From: Sphaerodactylus townsendi
Lineage: Eukaryota
Reading direction: 5' to 3'
DNA: 64,000 nucleotides
Assembly: GCF_021028975.2 (NCBI RefSeq)
Contig: NC_059426.1
Coordinates: 43,524,001-43,588,000 of the forward strand
Below the pieces are notes generated by a model that worked only from the letters and a program-made list of their open reading frames with translations, was not told where the DNA came from and made no database searches. Below, one piece after another: positions 34,890-48,095 of this stretch (positions within the stretch are counted from its first letter, which is position 1; the number at the start of each line of letters is the position of its first letter). The translations under genes were made by a program, and so were the position numbers.

Positions 34890-35151
34890 CAGCGGAACCT
34901 CAATAATCACCAGCAATCCGTCCGGTAGGGCTTGGCGAACTTCGAAACCGGCGTAAACCAAAGCTATGCTGTTTGTGCATGCGCTATGCAAATGGTGTCG
35001 CAAATTAACGCAAAAAGTGTAAATTTGTGCAAACAGCGTAGGTGAACACAGAGGCGCCCAGCGACAACCGAGGGAAGAAAAATGTCCGGGCACTATTGAC
35101 GAACTCCGAAACTGGCGTAAACCGAAGGCGGCGATTACTGAGGTTCCACTG
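34890..35151. mobile_element. Tc1/mariner (pogo/Tigger-like) MITE
   Basis: TA|CAGCGGAACCTCAATAATC...GATTACTGAGGTTCCACTG|TA; TA TSD; CpGs retained. Confidence 0.85.
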
Positions 35152-35363
35152 TATGTTTCTCCACACCCATTCTCCTTCTGAATGCTTGTGATAGGAGGCT
35201 TTGATGTTAACAACTTCAATCTATCAAGACATGGGGCAATTGTACTAGAGGCCAAAGAAAAAGGAGTGGCAGCCTCGTGTACTCTGTATCGTCTAGCCCC
35301 TAATTTAGTAATAGCTGTCTACTGTCTCTACAGGTGGTGACTCTAACCAAGATCCCCTACTGC

Positions 35364-35523
35364 CAAGGGTGGAGTGAGGGGGAACTGCGCCTGGGACATG
35401 CATGCACCCCTGTCTTGTCTTGGAACGCCCTGCCGCGCTCCCTCCAAGCCCTCACCACGCCCCTGCAGCCTGCGCGCCTGGTGCATCACATACCCCACTT
35501 TCCCCCTTGGTGCTACGCCACTG
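35364..35523. mobile_element. hAT MITE with 8-bp TSD CCTACTGC
   Basis: CCTACTGC at 35356-35363 and 35524-35531; ends CAAGGGTGGAG...CTACGCCACTG; same family as 52007-52150. Confidence 0.8.
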
Positions 35524-36739
35524 CCTACTGCATGAAAGAAAATTAAGTATGCTCTCTGTTTTAATGAGCAATTAACTAGTTTTCTTTTTATTAAAAAAAT
35601 AAATTTCATATGCTCCTGCAAATGAATTTGGTGGTTGAGGTCAGGACCTGGCTGGCCCAGGCTAGCCTGATCTTGTTAGATCACAGAAGCTATGCAGTGT
35701 CAGCCCTGGTTAATACTTTGATGGAAGACCATCAAAAAAGTTTGTAAGACCAGGCTTGCCTCCGGAAAAGCCATGCTGCCTCTTCCTCAGAAGGTCTTGC
35801 TTTTCTACATGTTTTATAATTGTATCTTTAATGATAGATTTTACTAATTTACCAGGAACAGATACTGGCTGGCCCGTAATTTCCTGGGTCCCCCCTAGAT
35901 CTACTACAGATATTGAAAACCTAGCCTAATTATTCAATTTAAAAAGCTTTTAAAAAAATCCTCCCCCCCCAGGTTCTCCCCCCACCCCTTCCAGGCAGGG
36001 AGTTCTTTCATGTTTACCAAAGGAACCTAATCCTGGTAGAGAGAAGCACACGTGGGGCAAGGAATATGGCTTCCTACAGCAAGGGCTGCTGGAAAGTGTA
36101 GTTGTTGCCCCTCCTGGAGGAGCTAGAATCTGGGCCATCCTGGATGGCCAAGGACTACATTTCCCAGCAATTCTCACCTTTTCTGGTTGTTGTCAGAGCA
36201 CACTGCTCAATTATATACTAAGATGAGGGGGTTAACTTTAATAAAGAGGGGGAAACTTGGGGGAGAATGACAACTGCATAGTATAGAAATAGCATTGTAA
36301 GTATTATGGATAAAGAAATGACTCATAAAAGTGAGTGAAAAAAAAAGGATATTTGATAATCTCCATCCAAAAACCAAGATGATCCAGTGTGTGAATAATG
36401 CATGTCTATCTACTATATCTGCATGAATAGAATGAAATATTGATCATGCAAAAACTGGAAAGTACAAAGACTTTTACTTCAATGCTGGAATGTAATCAGC
36501 AAAATGTGAATATATGATGAAGCTAAAACATCACTGAAGGGCAAGCAATATCTTCACTAGATAACTACACTTCAGACTTTTACTTGTTGAAGGTTGAATT
36601 CAGTACTGAGGACTTTGGATTAGGACTTGGGGATGGTGGTTGTTTTTGTTTTTGTTTTGGGTGAAAAACACTGATTGTGGGCTATGCCTCAATTCCAGAT
36701 GCCAGGGTCAGCTCCAGAGGTTTGTGAGGGATTTTGTAT

Positions 36740-37445
36740 TTTCAGTGTTTTTCCGTTTTTGGCCTGCAGGGGGCGCAGATTTTAGGCTAGCAGCACCAAA
36801 ATTTCAGGGATTTTTTGGGAGACTCTCCTGATGATGTCACCCAGGTTTGGTAAGGTTTGGTTTAGGGAGTCCAAAGTTATGGACTCCCAAAAGGAGTGCC
36901 CCCATCCCCCATTGTTTCCAATGGGAGCTAATAGGAGATGGGGGCTACACCTTTGAGGGTCCATAACTTTGGACCCCCTGAACCAAACTTCACCAAATCT
37001 GGGTGGTATCATCAGTAGGGTCTCACGAAGACACTCTGAAATTTTGGTGCTGCTATCTTAATAATTGGTACCCCTGACAACAAAAACTCCCTAAAATTTC
37101 CCAAGATTCTCTTTTTAAATTCACTCAATTCTCCACCAATGCTTGTTTTCTTTCTTTCTCTTCTTTTATTCCCTCTCAGTGCCTACTGGAAGGTTGCTGT
37201 TGTTGTGGTTGTTATTGTTGTTGTTGTGGTTGTGGTTGCTGTTGTTGTTGTTAAATCTACCCCTCTCGGCATGGATTTCAAGGGAGAATCTGAGGTCCCC
37301 AGTTTAAAACACCATTTAAAATGATGCTGCTTGGGTGTGGATTCGAAAGCATCACTTGTTTTAAAACCAGGGAGCCCAGATTCTCCTTTTAAATCCACCT
37401 TAAAGGAGAGAGTCTGGGCCCCCCCCCACCCCCCCGGGGGGGGGG
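36740..37445 (+). mobile_element. Partial copy of the hairpin-repeat hAT-like family (one ~195-bp unit), interrupted by a (GTT)n-tailed insert
   Basis: Colinear with 50290-51500 (ggcctgcagggggcgca, cccaggtttggt...ccaaagttatggactcccaa, ggatttcaagggagaatctgaggtcc). Confidence 0.75.
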
Positions 37446-38359
37446 TAGAAAACCTTCTCCTAGGATTGCTATGTGGAGGCAGGAAATGGCAAACCCCCTC
37501 TAAATGTCTCTTGCCTTGAAAACCCCACAGGGTCACCATAAGTCTACTGTGACTTGACAGCAAAAAAAAGTTCTAGTGTGCCATGATTCCTCCAGAGCTA
37601 GACCCTTGACCAACCTCTTCGTAGGAGGGAGAGCAGGAGAAACTGGGAATTATTTCCAGTGAAGGGCTTGTGGGTGTTGAGGAGGCTTCAAATGCTGCAA
37701 GAATCCCCTCAGACCTTAAGCTCCAGTCAACCTAATAAAGGAACCACCACAGAAACCACCACAGCACAGTAAACCCCACCAACTAGCAGCCACACTAGCA
37801 GCCATCTCTGTCCAGGTCTTGAACTGGCTCTCCTTCAACCTGACAGAGTAATCAGAAATAGCCAGCCTGAGAGGAGACGGCCCTGCATAGGAGGAGCATC
37901 TGGCATGCAGTCCAACCACTAGCCACCAAGCAAGACTGCTGTTTCTTACAGGATTATGCCAGACTAAATCCTTCAGGACCCATAAATATCACTCTGACGG
38001 CTGATTCCCCTTAGGAGTACTTAAGCTCCAGTTCTAGGCAGGAGCCTTGCTGATTCAGCTGCTTTGTTTTTACCAGCTCAAAATATCACACTTGCTAGTC
38101 TTTGGAACTAGCCCAACCCAGCTGCCAGTGCTGACCAGTTAATGGGTCACTCAGATGCTCCCTGCTCCTTGCTGTTAAGTTCTCCAGCATTCTGCCACTA
38201 AAATCAGAAGGCAAAGAGGTGCAGTGGATTTTGTCCTCTTATCCAACTGTCTGAAGTAACCCACAGGTTAGTTAAAGTTTTTCCAGTTCATCTAATCATC
38301 AGAAACAGCACAACCAACTCTCTAGCATTTGAATTATGTAATGGCTGCATCATCTAGGT

Positions 38360-38640
38360 CAGAGGTCTTCAGTTCATGGGTTGGGACACCCTCAAGAGGG
38401 TCATGAGACCTGTAGGACTACCATGTTTTCCTGCTGCTGGTATACATGCAAGAGTACAAGTGCTTCCTGTCTCTTGTTGTACTCTTGCTGAGAAGAGAAA
38501 GACAGCGAGGCAGAGGACAGCTTCAGAGACCCTGACTCCTCCTTTCTGTCATGTGACTGTGATGTCATGTGATAGGTGGTTCCATTTTATTGCTTGGAAT
38601 TAAAAGTGGTCCCTAAGTTTAGAACAGCTGAAGACCACAG
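38360..38640. mobile_element. Degenerate hAT-Charlie-like MITE
   Basis: Ends CAGAGGTCTTCAG...CTGAAGACCACAG; TCTAG-like target on the left; TSD imperfect. Confidence 0.5.
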
Positions 38641-41600
38641 CTCCAGAATGCAAAGGGAACGAAATAAATCCAGAGTGAACTCTCTCACTTTGGTGTAACT
38701 TGACTATCTGCATCCTCCTCCTTATCAGTAAACACCAATTTCAGATACAGTGGTTGGGTAAGATGGCCATGTTATCTGTCTAGAGTCTAATTATTTGCAG
38801 CATTTCATGAAAATTAGAATAGCTTCCACAAAAAAATAATCCCAGAAGTCTGAGATCTAGTCAATCAGTTTGAAAGCAAAGGGACCTTTATTATAGGGTA
38901 GAGGTAAGCACCATTTTAAATTCCAAACCTAAACCATGGCCGTTTCTGTACAGAGGCAGAAATGGCTGTCCACCGGCATAATTAATGCCAGTGGACGTAC
39001 GAGACCATTCACTCGTAGGCAGTGCCAGGGCTGCTACGACCCACAGAGGTGGCTCTGCATGTAGCCGCCTGTGGGTCGTCCCGTTCATCTACCTCTCCTC
39101 CCTGTGCAGCTCTGGACAGTTGGAGGGACACACCCACGCTGCCCTCCAACCTCTGGGCCAGTCTCTCCAGCCATCCAGAGCTGCGCAGGGAGGAGAGGTA
39201 AGTGAATGGGAACACCAGAGGGGCCAAAAGTGGGGCCCTCATGCTGGTGCCCTTTGCACCGTGCCGGCGGGAAGATGCCGCTTTTGAAAAAACTCGCTCC
39301 CTGAGTGAGTTTCAAAAGCAGCATTTTTGCGCTGGTTGGGTGGGGGCAAGCACATGTGTGCGATCAATGTGTGTGTGTGTGTGGGGGGGGTGAGCACACT
39401 GTGCGATCAGTGCCCCAGGGACGGTGTCAAATAGCCAGCAGAGGAATGCCTGTTTGCACAAGACAGCTATATAATTTAAAATCATTGGTAATTGGCATGT
39501 TGATTAATAATCCATAACGTTTCTGTAGCTCAAACACTGGTTGTGGGGAGTCTTTTACTGGAAGTGGCACACATAGGGTTTTCAGTAAATTATAAATATA
39601 CACCAAACACTCTGTGCAGGTGTTTTAGTACACTGGCATAAATGTATGCATTGTTCATATGGGGATTACTGGCAACTGTTCACCTATATCACTTCCTTTT
39701 GGGTAAAATTGCTATGAAAAGCCTTTTTGTCCCATTGAAATCTTTGCCTGCCATCCCACCTACCCTTCCCATATATTTTAACTTAAAGATTTCATTTTCT
39801 TTTAAAAAGAGACTTATCTGGTTCTGTAATGAGCCGTATGTGCCTCTAAAAAAAAACATAGGTTACATATACCTGATATGGTGAGGTCAGATTACAATGA
39901 AAAACAATCTCCATAAGGAAAATCTTGCACTGGGAGTCGGGACAGTTAAACTCTGAATTGATATATTGGCAGTGGCATTTCTCTAAGGACAGAACTAATT
40001 TTATCTGTTTAAACACAGTCTTGGGAATCTAATGTGAAATCAATTGGGCAGATTTTATTTATGTTTTTCAATATTATCACATTTTGTTTTGTTCCAGGGG
40101 TAATCATGAGGAACAACTTTAAAAGGCAATAATAATTTTTCCTCATGATTCTGACAGCTACATTTACTTCCCATGGTGATAATGTGTCTGGGGCAGTAGC
40201 ACCGTAGCTACATATAAACATTTAAAAAGTTTTCCTTTTATGGATTGGATTATTCAGTGGCTCCTTTTGAGGTACTTATCATCATGTATTGATGTTGTAG
40301 TCTATATTGACTGATAATATGATGTCTGTTACACAATAATCAAAAGTTACGGGCAGACTGGGGAACATACAGTATTTGCCTTAAAAAAACAAATTTGAAG
40401 GGATCTGCACACACAAAAGGGCATGTAAATATCCCTGTCTCTTGTTCTTATTTCTTAATAATATTTTAATATACATTTCTAGTACAGTATGGAGGGAGGG
40501 AGATCCTTTGGGCATATCCAAGGTTTTTTTTTAATACCAGCAACAGCTATGCTCACAGCATGCCGTAGGCCCTGCCTGCTCCCTTTCAGTATCCCTTCCA
40601 TTGATCCTTGGTGTACTGAAGGATGATAATCAAGGGCACTCCTGCTTTTGGCTTTACTTTGCAGCCTGTCCTTTCCTCCTGCCATCATGCACAGCCTCAA
40701 GAATTCCAGCCCCAACCACTACATTATCTGGCCACTTAGTAAACTTTCTTCCTTAGGAATATTGATACATTGATTACTTTGTGCAGTTCCACATGTTACA
40801 AAATCTACATGTTCCCTCACAAGGACTTTGGACAGATGTGTCCAGGAGTTTCCCTGCTGAGAACTTAATTCCCTGGTATGCATGGGATCAATTCAGAGCC
40901 ACAGCATACATGACGGAGTTTAAGTCTCCTACCTTCACGCTGTCTTCCTGACTTGAAATGGTCCTGGGAAACGATTGTTTGCCCATTGCAGAAACTTCTG
41001 TATCTAGATGGGTGCACAAAAGTTTCACCCAAAGGACTGACTCTCTGGCAGACATTACAGGTCAGGGAAATGGCACAGGAGGAAGACTTAAGCCCTGTCT
41101 CCTCACGTGACTCAGTCTTGATCTAAATCAGCCCAGTGTACAATTTAAGTTTCCACATGCACATCTAATCCAAGTCCTGATGGTAACATGTCTGTAACAT
41201 AGACTTTGTAAGGCATGACTTGGCCACATTGCAGGGGATTTTGGGGCATATTTCATAAATCCTTTGCCTGCTAGAGTTAGTGCAGTGTGGCAACTACCAA
41301 ATAAAGTGTTGACTTGTGACCAGAGAAGCTGGATTTCAAATTACCACACTGCCGTGGAAATTTACTGGGTAAGGTGGAGTTTCCAGCTCCAGCTAGGGAA
41401 ATTTCTGGAGATTTGGGGTGGCGGGAGACTGGAGAGGGCAGGAAAGTCTACAGAGACTTGATACTATACAATCCACCCTTCAAAGCTGACATTTCCTCCA
41501 AGAAAACTGATCTCAGTAGTTGGGAGATCAGTTGTAATTTTGGGAGAACTCCAATTCCTACCTGGAGAATGATAACCCAATTTGGCTCAGTCACTCTTTA

Positions 41601-41755
41601 CACAAGGTAACTCACTGAGTAATTATGAGGATAATGTGGCGGAAGGAGAAACTGCATATAAAACCCTAAGCTCCTTGAGAAAAACGGTGGGATGCTAATG
41701 TGACAAATTGATTGGTAGGACTAACAGCAGCTTTGGGGAGGGAAATTTAGACTGA

Positions 41756-41896
41756 GGCTCATTCCGTACATGCAGAATAATGCACTTTCAAACTGCTTTC
41801 AGTGCTCTGTGAAGCTGTGCGGAATAGCAAAATCCACTTGCAAACAGTTGTGAAAGTGGTTTGAAAATGCATTATTTTGCGTGTGCGGAAGGGGCC
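41756..41896. mobile_element. Short palindromic Harbinger-type MITE
   Basis: TGA|GGCTCATTCCGTACATGCAGAATAATGCA...TGCATTATTTTGCGTGTGCGGAAGGGGCC|CGA. Confidence 0.8.
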
Positions 41897-43439
41897 CGAG
41901 AGAAAGGTTGGAGGGGTCAATATTAAATTCCCTTATCAACCGTGCCACTGTTTGGATCAAACTGGAGCAGGTGCTTTAATGCCATTTTTAAAATATACAC
42001 ATGGGAGATCCCATCTTGAATCTCCTGTATGATGTGTAGCTTGATTCGTGGTTAAGGCTGCATCTTCCTTCCATGTGGACCCAAGTATGTTAATGCTTCC
42101 CATGGTGTCTTCTCCTTTATACTCCTCTGCCAGCTAAACCTGAACACAACAGACTCACTGCTCTTTACAACGCATGACGTGTCTATTTTTTGATCAATGT
42201 GGAGTCATCCGGAAAGCTGCATTAATTATGCCTCCATCCTTCCAACAGCAAGATGCTCTGCACAGCAGGGACTACGAGTGAATACGTTATTGTACAAAAC
42301 TGCTTTTATAATGATTGTCCCTGAGAGATGTGGTCTAGTGGGAAATGCTAGAGATATCAGGGTTTTTGCAGCCTGTGGCATGCCGAGCAGGACTGAGAAC
42401 AGAGGTCAGCCACACCAGTAGAATTAACCTGTCAATGAAATGTTTGGCACATTGTCCATTTGAGATATGATGCAAAATACAACATTAGAAACTTGGAACA
42501 TGGGATCTGGTTGAACTCAAGTCACGTGCTCGTGGTGATACAATTTCACTTTGAAAACAGGAGAGCCATTTATAAAAGAAGTGCATTCTTTTCTAGACAG
42601 CTAGCCAATCACAGGCACATAGCTGCAGCCAAAATAGTTCTCATGTTCTTTTTGCCTCTACTACAGTACGTGTCTCGAAATGAAGCATGAGATCATAGCT
42701 GTGTTTTGGTTATTGGTTCAGTTTCCCATTTCTCCTCTAGACCTTTTAGAAAGCTTGGACTGTCCTTACTGAAAACGACCTGTTCACTGACTGTGCATAA
42801 TCATGTGACTTGCTTTTTACTGCCTTGTGCAGGTGTCCTAGATTGAATCCTTTAACCCAAGAAGACATTTGCCATGGTACAGTGTGAGTAAGGGATCTGT
42901 AGTATAGTTTTTCCCCCCACAGAATCCCCTTAGTTGGGGTGAATGATGGGAGAAAGGTGATGCAGTGAGCATCGTTATCACTAACATGGCAAATTACAAA
43001 GCCACAGAAGGAGTGTGAACAGTGTTTCTTGTCATTTTTCCCCCTCCAACACAACACTGGTGTTGTATCCTAGGTGTGTACAAGTTTAAGGAAAGTGTGA
43101 ATGCTGTTATCTTTCTTCAAACCAGCTAATTGTACAGAAAATGCCATAAAATGTTACCTGAACTAGCAAGGCAATGCATATATTTGTTAAAAACAGAGAT
43201 ATTTGGGGTCTTTTGAGTGAGTACATCTCATGTGCAGCCCCCAGCACTAGGCTTGCTGCCAAATGGGAGAAAAAAAGAAAACCTTTAAGCAGAAGCTGTT
43301 GCAGACATTGAGATTAATTTATTGAATAACACTGGAAAGAGTGCAAACCATCATATGAAGTGCCTGTGCCTTCAACGCTTGACAGTCCTGAGAAGAGTTA
43401 CACACTTGGACTTAGAGGGATGTAATGCTTTTCTGAGTA

Positions 43440-44280
43440 GCAATGGTCTGATCCCAGAGTCTTCCTTGTCTATGGAGGCCCAGGTTGCACATAGAGCCAG
43501 GACGGCCTTTTTCCATCTATGTCAGACCGACCAGGAGTTGGCCCCCTATCTGTTCTGTACAAACCTGGCTCCAGTGATCCATGCAACCATAACCCCCAGG
43601 CTAGATTACTATAACTCACTCTATGCTGGCCTGTCCTTGAGGCTGCTCTGGAAACTGCAGCTGGTACAGAACGCAGCCACGAGAGTGCTCACTGGGATTT
43701 CTGTGATGGAGCACTTTAGATTGGTGCTCTATCAGATGCACTGGTTGCCAGTTGAATTCCAGATCGTTTTCAAGGTTTTGGTGTTAATCTTTAAGGCTTT
43801 GAGCGATCCAGGACCATTCTATCTTTGGGACCCCATCTCCCCATGTCACCTACAATGGAACCTTTGATCCTCTGACAGCAAGTGGTCCCCGGCCCCAAGG
43901 ACATTCAGCTGCCTTTCACAAGGGCCAGAGCCTTTTCGGCACGGGACCCTAGTTGGTGGAATTCACTCCTGTTGAACATTAGGGCCCCGAAGGATATAAG
44001 TAAATTCTTCAGGGCCTGTGAAATGTTTCGCTGGGCTTGCAACTTAAGTTGCTGGTCTGTGATTGTAACATCTTGGCCCCTGAGTTTATACTCCACCCGC
44101 TCTTACCCCATAAGAGTTATAAAATCCAGGTGAGAGTTGGGACTACTGAGGCAGCTGTTGAGTATTACAATGTTTTAATTATTAATTTATTACTTGAGTT
44201 TTAATGACTAGATTTTAAAATGTGTGCCAGCCACCCTCAATCTGACTTTGGCCAGGAAGGGCAGGGTATTAAGTTACATT
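43440..44280 (+). mobile_element. L2 LINE 3' fragment
   Basis: ARTAFFHL...VIHATITPRLDYYNSLYAGL...LQLVQNAATRVLTG...LYQMHWLPVEFQIVFKVLVLIFKAL and RAFS...WWNSL are diagnostic L2 ORF2 C-terminal motifs. Confidence 0.9.
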
Positions 44281-44987
44281 TAAAAAAATGTAGGCCTACC
44301 AAAAAGCCATTGGGGCCTGTTCTTCCTATTTTTAGTGCCAATATGTGAATCTAAGTCCCTCTTAATTAATAACTTGATACTTACATATTTTACTTATCCA
44401 TCCTTCATTCTGACTGCATACAATGAAACTTCCTTCCAGCTCTGGCATATAGTTGTGCTACAATAATGGAGATTTTTTTTTTCATTTTCTTGAGCAGCTA
44501 AAGTTTCCTTCAGCTGATCTGGACAGCAGAGCATTTGTCATGAATTGTAAAAATAATATAGCATACTGCTGTGATGACAAACTTTCCTTTGGGATGCTAT
44601 ATTTGTCCACCATCCCCAACAGGAACAAGGAAAGACTGCTCCATGAGTTATTTTTAAGAGGCTGGAAATAGTATCTCCATTATGTCAGGGCATTAATGAA
44701 TACAATCTTTGTTAGCAAACATTGGTGCTTTGTTTACTGCAATATGTCAGCCTGTGTTTCATATTATCTTAAAGTTTTACAAAAGTGTCAGACCCAACAA
44801 CAGCAAAGTATATATATTTACATTTGCCTCAGATTTCAGTCTGAGCACTTGGGGCCCTAGGTTATGGAATTATCAGAAGTTGATATGGTGGAGCAGTGAG
44901 CATGCAAGTCTTTTTTTATCGATACTTATAATGTTATATGTTTTTGGATGGGTAGCTGTACTCTGTATCACCTAATATTTGATAGGG

Positions 44988-45010
44988 CTGTCGTGTCGTG
45001 TCGTGTCGTA

Positions 45011-45044
<34 letters not shown>
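44988..45044. repeat. Compound microsatellite (GTGTC)n-(TCTG)n
   Basis: Directly visible. Confidence 0.9.
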
Positions 45045-45045
<1 letters not shown>

Positions 45046-45159
45046 TTCTTTGAGAAATGTTTTTATTCACCTGGCCAATTTTAGCATTAAAGGCAAAAGG
45101 TGCTTAGGGCATCTGCAAATTTACTTCTCCCTCATGTTGTAAACAAGCAGGACTGTTTG

Positions 45160-45690
45160 TAGTAACAGAACAAAAGTTGAGTCCAATAGCACATTAAAAA
45201 CTAACAACATTTCCCTGGGTTTAAGATTCTGTGAGTCAACAGTCACTTCATCAGATACAAATAAGGATTGCGATCCATCAGCCCTTATATCCAAGTCAGA
45301 AGGTGGGAGGGGTGTTACAAAGAAGGGTCAGGTGCAGTTGGGACACAGGGGTACAACACAAAAGGAGCAATTCTAAGCAGGTCCATTTGGGAGTAAGCCC
45401 CATTCTAGTCAATAGATTGCAACCAAAACATAATCACCTTGATTTGAGCCAGAAAATGTGCACAAAGGTAGGACAGGGCAGAGAAATGCTACTCCCCTAA
45501 CTCTAATCATGCTGGTTACATCTTGCACTGTACCTCTGCATCCTGACTCCAGCCTCCCAACCCCTCCCACCTTCTGACTTGGATATAAGGCCTGATGGAT
45601 CTTCATTCTTATTTGTACACGAGAATTGACTCACAAAAGCTTATACCCTGGGAAAATGTGTTCGCCTTTAAGGTGCTATTGAACTCCCAT
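45160..45690. mobile_element. Penelope-derived inverted structure (two opposed termini)
   Basis: Outer arms gagtccaatagcac..ttaaa...gtgagtcaa and ttgactcac...ttaaggtgctattgaactc; inner arms ccttatatccaagtcagaaggtgggagggg (~45283-45312) and cccctcccaccttctgacttggatataagg (45561-45590). Confidence 0.65.
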
Positions 45691-47329
45691 AATGTTATGT
45701 GGGCATTCTATTCAGATTTCCATATGAATAGAGGGATGAACTGCAGAAATCTCCCCACCACACACATACATTTTAATGCAAACACCGGCTGCGCTCTCAG
45801 CCTACATTGTGAGGTTGGTGAAAAAGAACATGCAAACCCATTCTTCCGTCACAGGAACAGGACCTCTGCTCTAGGTAAACTGAGCCACCGATTTCCAGTC
45901 TCAAAGAACAAAGTGGGGCAGGAGGGACTGTGTTTCAGTATAGACTTGAATACATTGATATTTTGTGCATCATTACAATGCACAATTTTCTGTTAGAACA
46001 GAGTTAGTTCTGCATTCATCACTAACATATATAGTATATATTGAAGTGAATTCCTGTCTAAAATCATTAATAAAGCACTTTAGTTTTCCATGAAAATGTA
46101 CAAGATGTTAATTACCTGTTTATAAAAAACAGAGTTTTTTGGCTCCACTAGATGTACTTGAGCATTATTCCAGATTCATTCAGGGTATTAAACTGGTTTA
46201 GCAAAAATATGTCAACAAAGGATTTTCTGTAGCTTACAGGATACTACAATACATATGTTGCATGACTAATAGCTTTTAAATATCACGGACCAGACTTCTA
46301 TTCACCCTGTAAGGGGATGTAATGCCAGTCCACCTAACGTGTACATATGCAGACACTCTGAAACAAATGCACAGGCTTTCTGCATGTTTTGGATGAAGAG
46401 CTGATTGAAATCATTAAAGCCTGTATTGTTTTCTCTAATAGTTAAGAAGCAATTAAGAGAATGGCATGCAAGTATCAGAAATAGATGATACTTCCGAACA
46501 GGTTTTTATTTACAGGAAATGGCATTTGGTTTTAAAATAATCAATGTTAGTAACGAATGCGTAGCCCTTTACCTAAACCTGTTAAGAATCTATCAGGCAA
46601 AGACTATGAGATCGTTTGGCGGTTCCTCCGAGAAGGTATGAACTAAGCATCATGACTACATGACATCTATCCATTTCAAGGGAGGTTTCTCGGGTGGGGG
46701 GGGGGGGAATCAATCATTTTGCATTGCATTCTCATTGTTAATGTCATTGAATGGAGCTTTACAAAGATGAAACACAACCAGACATAATTTTAATTAGCTG
46801 ATTTCTATTATGTGGGGGTAATTATTATTATTATATCTTGGGCAAATATAGTTGTGTGTAGAATAATATGGTTGGGAATCCACTCTCACACTTAATACAT
46901 CTGAACAGCACACACTGGAGTTCTGTCTGTACAGGGACTTATCTTTTTCACCCTGGTTTTCCATGCTTCATGTCATGCACTCAAAGCTGATGTGTATTGA
47001 AATGTACGCATATAGGCTCTTAGGCAGATGGGACCTCCAACACATGGAGGTCAGGTGCATTGAGAGGGTAGGACAAGCAGATACTATGCTGATATTCTTG
47101 TGCATACATAGTTTGGGACCTTGGAACGGAGGGTTGGCTTATAGTGCTGACTTTTATTATGAAATATATTTCATTTTCTGTGTTTTGATCATTAGATATA
47201 AAAATGTCCCATTGTGTTTTTCCTTTGATAATTCAATCACAGACCTTGTTTAAGCTTCCATTTGACTTATCAGGCTGTTGCCTGATGATTGCAAATCCCT
47301 TACACTGAGCAAATGAGTCACCTGTGATC

Positions 47330-48095
47330 ATCTATTAATCTGCTCACCTGAAACTAAATCCTGACAAGGCAGAGGTTCTCTGAGTTAGCAGAAAGGCAGA
47401 CTGGGGACTTGAGATCTCTCCTGCCTTGATCTTTCCTGTTCCTGATTCAGTCAGATCTAATCACAATGATCCATGCCTTAGTTACATCTAGACAGGACTA
47501 CTGCAATATGCTCTACTTGGGCCCACCCTTGAAGAGTGTTCAGAAACTGAAACTAGTGCAGAATGTTGTGGCTAGACTTCTGGTTGGGATCACCTACTGG
47601 GAGAATGTGACCCTGATACTACGGCAATTATACTGGCTACCAATCCACTCCTGAGCACAATTCAAGGTACTGGTTTTGTCCTTTAATCACAGCATGACTT
47701 GGGACCCAGGTGTCTGAAACTCCATCTTTTCCCATATGCCTCTGCTTGAGGATCTTGTTCACAGGAAGAGATCCTGACTGTCCCACCAAAGAGGCTTGTC
47801 TGGTAGGCACATGAATGAGGGCCTTTTCAGTGGTAGCCCCATGATTATGGAATAATCTCTCCAGGGGAGCATGCCTGACCATCTCACTTGCAATTTATAG
47901 GAGGCAGATGAAGACAGTTTTATGCAGGATAGTATTTGACTTATTTAACTTTTATTTATTGGCAATACTAATTGTAGATTTTAAATTGTGGTCTTTAATG
48001 TGTTTTTTAAATCATCATTTTATTTATAGTGTAAGCTACCTTAAGTTCCACAAGGTAGAAAGATGGCTAATAAATATTCTGAACAAATAAATAAA
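47330..48095 (+). mobile_element. L2 LINE 3' fragment
   Basis: LKLNPDKAEVL and MIHALVTSRQDYCNMLYLG...KLVQNVVARLL...LRQLYWLPI; (TAAA)n tail near 48090. Confidence 0.88.

Noticed and set aside
37139-37563. Poly-Val and poly-Thr ORFs
   Set aside because: Translations of a (GTT)n microsatellite inside a repeat.
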